Virus record (IMG/VR): IMGVR_UViG_3300042198_000101
Coordinates: 1-40,502 of that record
Source of the DNA: a virus
Lineage: Duplodnaviria > Caudoviricetes
Length of the DNA stretch: 40,502 nucleotides
Direction: 5' to 3' (one strand)
The notes beneath the pieces were generated by a model, which worked only from the letters and a program-made list of their open reading frames with translations, was not told the DNA's origin and ran no database searches. Of this stretch, positions 35,226 through 40,502 are shown piece after piece (within the stretch, counting starts at the first letter, position 1; each line of letters starts with the position of its first letter). The translations under genes and the position numbers were made by a program.

Positions 35226-36707
35226 GTGTTCAACCTTAGACACGGCATAGCGCTTTTCACCAGCGGCCATTTCGGGCCGATGGCAAAGGCCCAGCTAAAC
35301 TATCAGGCTGGCGTTCCGGGCGGGACGGGTGATCCGAACTACCCACAACTTCTGCTCGAAAACCCTGCGGGCGGCGGGCACTCACTAACCGCAGTCGGCA
35401 TCGCAACCGGCGCGCCGACGGTCGGGACGCCATCGCTGACCCAGCTGCACGCGCTGACGGCGAACGGCGTCACCACTACGCCAACGGTTGGAAGCCCGGC
35501 GCTTACGCAAGCGCACGCGCTGACCGCGACGGGTGTCTCGACCGCAGCGCCCACGGTCGGAACGCCAGCGCTCGCTATCGTTCACAATCTGACGGCGAAC
35601 GGCATCGCCACAGCTGCGCCGACTGTCGGATCGCCTGCGATTTCGCAAGCGCACGCCCTCGCGGCGACCGGCGTCTCAACGGGCGCGCCGTCAACCGGAT
35701 CGCCGTCGCTTGCGCAAGTTCACGCGCTGACGGCGACAGGGATATCAACGGGAGCGCCTACCGTTGGCGCCCCGACGCTGTCTCTGGTTCACAACCTAAC
35801 GGCTAACGGCATCGCGACGGCGGCGCCGACGGTCGGGACGCCGTCAATTAGCCAGGCGCATGCGCTGACGGCTTCCGGCGTTTCGGCTGGTGCGTCGACT
35901 GTCGGGACGCCAGCAATCGCCCAGGCGCACGCCCTGGCCGCTGTCGGCGCATCAACCGGCGCGCCCACTGTCGGCGCCCCTACTCTTGCGCAGGTTCATG
36001 CGCTTGCGGCGGCATCGATCGCCACAGGCGCGCCCACGGTCGGGTCGCCATCGATCGCCCAGGTTCACAGCCTGGCCGCCTCCTCGATCGCCACGGGCGC
36101 GCCGACGGTCGACACTCCGTCGCTTTCCTCTGGCGGGTCATCGCACAGCCTGACCGCGGTCGGTATTGCGACAGGCGCACCGACGGTTGGATCGCCAACG
36201 CTTAGCCAGGCGCACAGCCTGGCCGCCGCAAGTGTAAGCGCAGGCGCGCCGACGGTCGGAACCCCGACGATCGGCCAGGGCCACGGCTTGGTCGCCGTCG
36301 GCCTAAGCGCTGGCGCCCCGACTGTGGGCTCGCCCGCGCTTGCGCAGGTTCACAGTCTTGCGATCGGCGGAATTGCAACGGGTGCGCCGACCGTCGGGTC
36401 GCCGACCATCACGCAGGGCCACGCGCTTACGGCTAGCGATCTTTCGACGGGCGCGCCGACACTTGGCAGCCCACGGCTAGACTTTGCCGCTAGCGGGCTG
36501 CGCCGGGTGTCTCTCGCCGCCATCGTGCGGTCGGTTTCTCTGTCGGCGATCGATCGCTCTGTCAGCATCCCGGCGAGCGACCGCGAAGTCGTCTTGTCAG
36601 TCATCCCGCGCGCGGTGGCGCCTGCGGCTGTCTCTCGCTCTGTCGCCCTCGCCGGCGTCTCTCGACGGGTGACGCTTGAGGCTCAATCGCGTCGCATCGC
36701 AGCATAG
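35226..36707 (+). CDS. Repeat-rich putative fibre/filament protein
   Basis: 16 copies of a ~23-aa unit plus ~8 copies of a 9-aa R.V unit. Confidence 0.75.
   Translation: MFNLRHGIALFTSGHFGPMAKAQLNYQAGVPGGTGDPNYPQLLLENPAGGGHSLTAVGIATGAPTVGTPSLTQLHALTANGVTTTPTVGSPALTQAHALTATGVSTAAPTVGTPALAIVHNLTANGIATAAPTVGSPAISQAHALAATGVSTGAPSTGSPSLAQVHALTATGISTGAPTVGAPTLSLVHNLTANGIATAAPTVGTPSISQAHALTASGVSAGASTVGTPAIAQAHALAAVGASTGAPTVGAPTLAQVHALAAASIATGAPTVGSPSIAQVHSLAASSIATGAPTVDTPSLSSGGSSHSLTAVGIATGAPTVGSPTLSQAHSLAAASVSAGAPTVGTPTIGQGHGLVAVGLSAGAPTVGSPALAQVHSLAIGGIATGAPTVGSPTITQGHALTASDLSTGAPTLGSPRLDFAASGLRRVSLAAIVRSVSLSAIDRSVSIPASDREVVLSVIPRAVAPAAVSRSVALAGVSRRVTLEAQSRRIAA
35379..36489 (+). repeat. 16 tandem ~69-bp coding repeats (HxLxAxGxxTGAPTVGxPxLxQ)
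   Basis: Counted from the translation; codons are diverged between copies. Confidence 0.9.
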
Positions 36708-36715
36708 GTGAACCC

Positions 36716-36991
36716 GTGGCGAAACGCTGGCCATTCAAGGATCCGAACGAAGTTCTCGACTTCGAGGTGGACTGGACCGCGCGTATCGGGGCGTCTGACG
36801 CAATCGACACGGTAACGTGGACCCTGCCGGCCGGCATCACGAAGGACGATCAGACAGTCTCGGGCAAGGTAGCCGTGGTGTGGATTTCAGGCGGCACGGA
36901 GGGCCAGAGCTACAACGTTGGCTGCCGTGTCGTGACGACCGGCGGGCGCACCTATGACGAAACCATCGTGCTGCCGGTGCGCTCACGATGA
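36716..36991 (+). CDS. Small virion fibre adaptor-like protein
   Basis: KDPNEVLDFEVDW...VWISGGT.G..Y...C.V.T.GGRT. Confidence 0.65.
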   Translation: MAKRWPFKDPNEVLDFEVDWTARIGASDAIDTVTWTLPAGITKDDQTVSGKVAVVWISGGTEGQSYNVGCRVVTTGGRTYDETIVLPVRSR

Positions 36992-37086
36992 CCGCCCGCA
37001 GCTTCTGGGCCACGTTGGCGGGTTCGGCCTGCCTTGGCATGGCCGTCGCCTGGCTGTCGGCTGCTGTGTTCCTGGGGGCTGCATAA
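36988..37086 (+). CDS. 32-aa hydrophobic microprotein (not in ORF track)
   Basis: MTARSFWATLAGSACLGMAVAWLSAAVFLGAA; ATGA and TAATG overlaps. Confidence 0.5.
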   Translation: MTARSFWATLAGSACLGMAVAWLSAAVFLGAA

Positions 37087-37145
37087 TGAAAATCTGGTGG
37101 AGCGGCTGGAAGCGCCGGCGCAAGGCACGCAGGGCCGCGCTGTGA
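37086..37145 (+). CDS. 19-aa Trp/Arg-rich peptide
   Basis: MKIWWSGWKRRRKARRAAL; TAATG and GTGA overlaps. Confidence 0.4.
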   Translation: MKIWWSGWKRRRKARRAAL

Positions 37146-37678
37146 TCCACCCTGAAGCGTTCATCCACCCGAAGGCGCATGTCGAAGGCGCCACCGTCGG
37201 CGCGCGGTCGAAGGTCTGGCAATTCGCCAGCGTGATCCGTGGCGCGGTGATCGGGGAAGACTGCAACCTTGCGACCGGGGCCTGCCTCGACGGGAGCCAG
37301 ATCGGCGACCGGGTCATCATCGGTCACAACGTCGCGATGGGGCCGGGCTTCCGGGTGTTCGATGATGTGTTCATCGGCCCGCAGGTGACGTTCTGCAACG
37401 ACGCCTGGCCGCGCGCGATCAAGGGCGACTTCGACGCCTCCCGGTTCAGCCCGGTAACGTTCGCGATCATCGTCGAGAGCCGGGCCAGCATCGGCGCAAA
37501 CAGCGTGATCCTGCCCGGCGTGCGCATCGGCTTCGGCGCCATGATCGCGGCGGGGTCCGTGGTCACGAAGGACGTTCCGGCGCGCGCGCTCTGGAAGGAC
37601 CGCGCGGTGATCGAAACGAACATTCGCGAGCGCCCGCGTATGCGGTTCGCCAATGCGGACGTGGACAGTTTTCAGTGA
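37142..37678 (+). CDS. Hexapeptide-repeat (LbH) sugar N-acetyltransferase, WxcM/FdtC/WlbB-like
   Basis: FIHPKAHV...IGEDCNL...DDVFIGPQVTFCND..PR...SIGANSVILPGVRIG...AGSVVTKDVP. Confidence 0.88.
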   Translation: MIHPEAFIHPKAHVEGATVGARSKVWQFASVIRGAVIGEDCNLATGACLDGSQIGDRVIIGHNVAMGPGFRVFDDVFIGPQVTFCNDAWPRAIKGDFDASRFSPVTFAIIVESRASIGANSVILPGVRIGFGAMIAAGSVVTKDVPARALWKDRAVIETNIRERPRMRFANADVDSFQ

Positions 37679-38292
37679 TCACTATCGCCACATTATTTTG
37701 GCAGGCCAATGATCACAGCTACGACTTCAGCCGGGCTTATGACGAGGTTTGGGTCGAGAAGCTTTATCGGGGCTTTGCCCGTAACCTGACGCGGCCCTTC
37801 AAGTTCGTGTGCTTCACCGACAGGCCGCGCGACTTCTGCGAGCCGATCGATCAGGAGCCCATCCGGGGCCGCCTCGACTATTCGGCCTGCATCGAGCCCT
37901 ATCGCCTCGGCGAGCCCATGATCCTTGTCGGGCTGGATACGGTCGTCACGGGCAACTGCGACGCGTTGGCTGACTACTGCATGACGGCGGATCGCTTCGC
38001 GGTCCCGCTGGACCCCTACGCGCCGCATCAGGTGTGCAACGGCGTGGCGCTGGTCCCGCGCGGGCATGAGCGGATCGCATACGAGCACGATGGCCATGTC
38101 AACGACATGGAATGGGTGCGGCGGTTCAACCCTGCCGTGATCGACGAATTATTCCCGGCGCAGGTCGCCAGCTACAAGGTTCACGTCGCCCCGCACGGGC
38201 TGCGGGATACCAAAATAACTTATTTTCACGGCCTCTCGAAACCACACGAAGAATACTCGCGCGTGCCTTGGATACGCGAACATTGGCGCTAG
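37675..38292 (+). CDS. GT-A fold glycosyltransferase (GT8-like)
   Basis: VEKLY...RNL..PFKFVCFTD, GLDTVVTGN.D (DxD-equivalent), YFHGLSKPHE. Confidence 0.7.
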   Translation: MITIATLFWQANDHSYDFSRAYDEVWVEKLYRGFARNLTRPFKFVCFTDRPRDFCEPIDQEPIRGRLDYSACIEPYRLGEPMILVGLDTVVTGNCDALADYCMTADRFAVPLDPYAPHQVCNGVALVPRGHERIAYEHDGHVNDMEWVRRFNPAVIDELFPAQVASYKVHVAPHGLRDTKITYFHGLSKPHEEYSRVPWIREHWR

Positions 38293-38362
38293 AATGAAAG
38301 CGAGCGGGTGGGCGTTTGCACCGCCGAACCCGCTCTGACCAAAATCGACTAGGAGGTCGAAA

Positions 38363-38941
38363 ATGGCTGACGGGCGTTTATGCTCAATCGATGGCTGCGG
38401 CAATCCATTCTTGGCAAGAGGATGGTGCACCGCTCACTACCTGAAATGGCGCAAGTACGGATCACCACTTGCCGAGAGCGAGAACAAGAACCTGCCGCTC
38501 AAGTGGCTCATTGCCAACGCGAACGCCCAGACGGACGACTGTCTGACCTACCCATTCGGAAAAACAGGAATGGGTTACGGCGTCGTCTATCCGAAGGGCG
38601 AAAAGCAGATGATGGCGCACAGATGGATGTGCGAGCATGTCCACGGGCCAGCGCCAGAGGGAAAGATCTGGGTCGCGCACTCGTGCGCCAACGGCCACCT
38701 AGCTTGCGTGAACCCGCGACACCTTCGGTGGGCAACGCCAAAGCAAAACGGCGAAGATAGGGTGGCGCACGGGAACGCCCCGAAGAAGCTGACGAAAGAA
38801 GAAGCGGCGCAGATTTGGCGCCTTAAGGGCACAATGCCAAGTCGGGTAGTTGGTGAACGGTTCGGCGTCGCAAAAAGTACAGTTGCTGGAATTTGGCAGA
38901 GCAGGACTTGGGTATGGCTGACGAGCGCAATCGGCCCCTAG
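38363..38941 (+). CDS. Free-standing HNH homing endonuclease
   Basis: CSIDGC...RGWC..HY Zn finger, AHR...HSC....CVNPRHLRWAT...N, C-terminal HTH; more AT-rich than neighbours. Confidence 0.88.
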   Translation: MADGRLCSIDGCGNPFLARGWCTAHYLKWRKYGSPLAESENKNLPLKWLIANANAQTDDCLTYPFGKTGMGYGVVYPKGEKQMMAHRWMCEHVHGPAPEGKIWVAHSCANGHLACVNPRHLRWATPKQNGEDRVAHGNAPKKLTKEEAAQIWRLKGTMPSRVVGERFGVAKSTVAGIWQSRTWVWLTSAIGP

Positions 38942-38951
38942 GGGCCGCACA

Positions 38952-39302
38952 ATGACCATCCTCGACAGCCTGCCCTCGATCATCGGCGCGGCCTTCTCGG
39001 ATATCTTCCGCGACGCCACCCTGTCTCGCGTCTCGGCGCGCGTCAGCGACGGCCGCGGCGGATGGACCGAGACCACCACCAGCGACGCATGCAAGGCACT
39101 GGTGACTGAATACACCGCCTGGCAGCGGCAGGCGGCGGGCATCCCGGCGAACGAACGCAAGATCCTCGTTTTAGCGTCGACGCTCGAAAGCGGCATGGCC
39201 CCGAAGACCGGCGACGCGCTCACCATTCAGGGCCGCACCTGGGCCATCGTGGAAGTGTCCAGCGATCCGGCCAACGCAACCTATGAATGCCGCAGCCGAT
39301 GA
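38952..39302 (+). CDS. Head closure / stopper protein
   Basis: 116 aa, DGRGGW...P..GD.L...W.IV....DPA; position. Confidence 0.7.
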   Translation: MTILDSLPSIIGAAFSDIFRDATLSRVSARVSDGRGGWTETTTSDACKALVTEYTAWQRQAAGIPANERKILVLASTLESGMAPKTGDALTIQGRTWAIVEVSSDPANATYECRSR

Positions 39303-39712
39303 CTACAGTTCGCGTTGAGTTCGACATCCCGCTGGCCAACCGCGTGGCGCTGGACGCCGCCGAGCGCGGGATCAGGGCGGCGACGATCGAGGGGCAGAGC
39401 ATTCTGAAGGCCGACCTGTTGAGCCGGCCTGGTACTGGCAGGCTTTACCAGCGCGGCAAGACTGTGGAGCATCGGGCATCCGCGCCGGGCGAGCCGCCCG
39501 CGCCTGACACGGGCGAGCTGCGGCGCCGGATCGAAGTCGATGTGCTGCGCGGACCGACCGAGGTGCGCGGCGTCATTACGGCCAACGTTGAATATGCGGC
39601 AGCGCTGGAACTTGGAACCGAGCGGGTAAGGCCGCGCCCATTTCTTTCGCGCCTCGCGCGGGACTACAGCGCGCGGCTTGTTCAGGCCTTCAACAAATTC
39701 GCAGGCGGATGA
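39299..39712 (+). CDS. HK97 gp10-like tail completion protein
   Basis: HRASAPGEPPAPDTGELRR...YAAALELGT..V.PRPFL. Confidence 0.88.
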   Translation: MTTVRVEFDIPLANRVALDAAERGIRAATIEGQSILKADLLSRPGTGRLYQRGKTVEHRASAPGEPPAPDTGELRRRIEVDVLRGPTEVRGVITANVEYAAALELGTERVRPRPFLSRLARDYSARLVQAFNKFAGG

Positions 39713-39713
39713 C

Positions 39714-39803
39714 ATGAGCAATTGGCAGATAAGCGCGGCACTGTGCCTGATCGTTGCTGGCGGCGTCGCCGTGGCCATCATTCTGGGCTGGGTCTTCGCC
39801 TGA
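39714..39803 (+). CDS. 29-aa single-TM microprotein (not in ORF track)
   Basis: MSNWQISAALCLIVAGGVAVAIILGWVFA fills the gap between two neck genes with 1-nt spacers. Confidence 0.55.
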   Translation: MSNWQISAALCLIVAGGVAVAIILGWVFA

Positions 39804-39804
39804 T

Positions 39805-40236
39805 ATGCTTGATCATCAGGCCGCAGTCTTCAGCCGCCTGACGGGCGATGCGACGCTTGCCACCTTGATTGCAACGCACGCCAGCGCGCCGGCTGTGTTC
39901 GAGGATGGCGCGGTGCCGCCCGAATACGTTCACGGCACGCTGCCGATTATCGTTGTCGGCGCGCCCACGCATGCGGGCGATGCCGACACGCTAAGCGAGG
40001 CAATGCGAGCCGAACAGATTGGCTTGCGGCTTTATCACCAGCCCGCGGGGGCAAGCCTGCCGATCGTGGCCGCCGCCGAGCGGGTGCGCGCGCTGTTCAA
40101 GAATTGGGGGGCCGTCGCCATCACAGGCGGGACGGTCATTCAAACCGAGGTGGCGGGGCCTATCCCCGCACCAACTGACGACCCATCGCTTGATGGGCGG
40201 ATCGTTCAACTTTCTCTGCTCATCAAGGAGACCTGA
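39805..40236 (+). CDS. Tail terminator (DUF3168-like)
   Basis: QAAVFSRLTGDATLATLI...AERVRALF; precedes the tail tube gene. Confidence 0.8.
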   Translation: MLDHQAAVFSRLTGDATLATLIATHASAPAVFEDGAVPPEYVHGTLPIIVVGAPTHAGDADTLSEAMRAEQIGLRLYHQPAGASLPIVAAAERVRALFKNWGAVAITGGTVIQTEVAGPIPAPTDDPSLDGRIVQLSLLIKET

Positions 40237-40239
40237 ACC

Positions 40240-40502
40240 ATGGCGGAATTTGTCGCCAAGAACGGCAACGCGGGGCTTTACTACGGGTCCGGCTCGCCGC
40301 TGACATACACAAAAATTGCAGGGGTTAAATCCTTCAACCCCGGCGCCATCACAGCCCCGGAACTGGACGTCACGGACTTCGACAGCCCGGCGGGCTACAC
40401 CGAAACCATTGCGGGGCTCAAGTCTGCATCCGCCGGAACGATCGTCCTGAATTTTGATCCCGGCTCGACCACTCAGGAATACCTGCGCACGGCGTTCAAC
40501 GC
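40240..40502 (+). CDS. Major tail tube protein, partial (runs off the window)
   Basis: AAGGAG SD; YTKIAGV...ELDVTDFDS..GYTETIAGLKS..GTIVLNFDP. Confidence 0.85.
   Translation, partial: MAEFVAKNGNAGLYYGSGSPLTYTKIAGVKSFNPGAITAPELDVTDFDSPAGYTETIAGLKSASAGTIVLNFDPGSTTQEYLRTAFN

Noticed and set aside
35379-36489. CRISPR array or DNA-level VNTR
   Set aside because: The repeats are conserved as peptide with diverged codons and have no unique spacers
38932-38947. Second att site (shares CCCCTAGGG with the attP core)
   Set aside because: Only 9 bp shared, no TGCCA end and no TGTCCCA arm sites nearby

Overview
About 40.5 kb of a GC-rich temperate siphovirus, most likely with an alphaproteobacterial host (inferred from gene families and promoter style). 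The window starts in the tail-tip genes and ends in the tail tube gene, so it looks circularly permuted; the tape measure and tail chaperones fall outside it. Gene order: tail tip and a 1712-aa repeat-containing fibre; a BTLCP/LapG-like cysteine protease; lysis genes (muramidase, Rz/Rz1) and a membrane-protein cluster; an accessory island (membrane protein, putative structured sRNA, RHH regulator); attP (tRNA-Glu-like 3' end inside int), int and xis; early-left operon with two DNA methyltransferases; cI/cro switch with five 17-bp operators; recombination and replication genes with an iteron-like origin; late control; terminase, portal, MuF-ADP-ribosyltransferase plus candidate immunity gene, scaffold and capsid; a repeat-fibre module and three sugar-modifying enzyme candidates; an HNH gene; head-tail connectors. 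Phage genes flank both sides of the att core, so this is the unintegrated (attP) form. Best candidates for undescribed biology: (1) a ~220-nt sRNA with a 24-bp closing stem, two duplicated U-poor motifs and a GNRA hairpin, apparently controlled by a divergent RHH protein; (2) a signal-peptide-less LapG-like protease coupled to a fibre carrying eight TAA[AG]-type repeats; (3) a possible virion glycosylation system next to a Ser/Thr-rich repeat fibre; (4) a MuF-ART toxin/immunity pair. All protein family calls are by motif recognition only; no searches were run.
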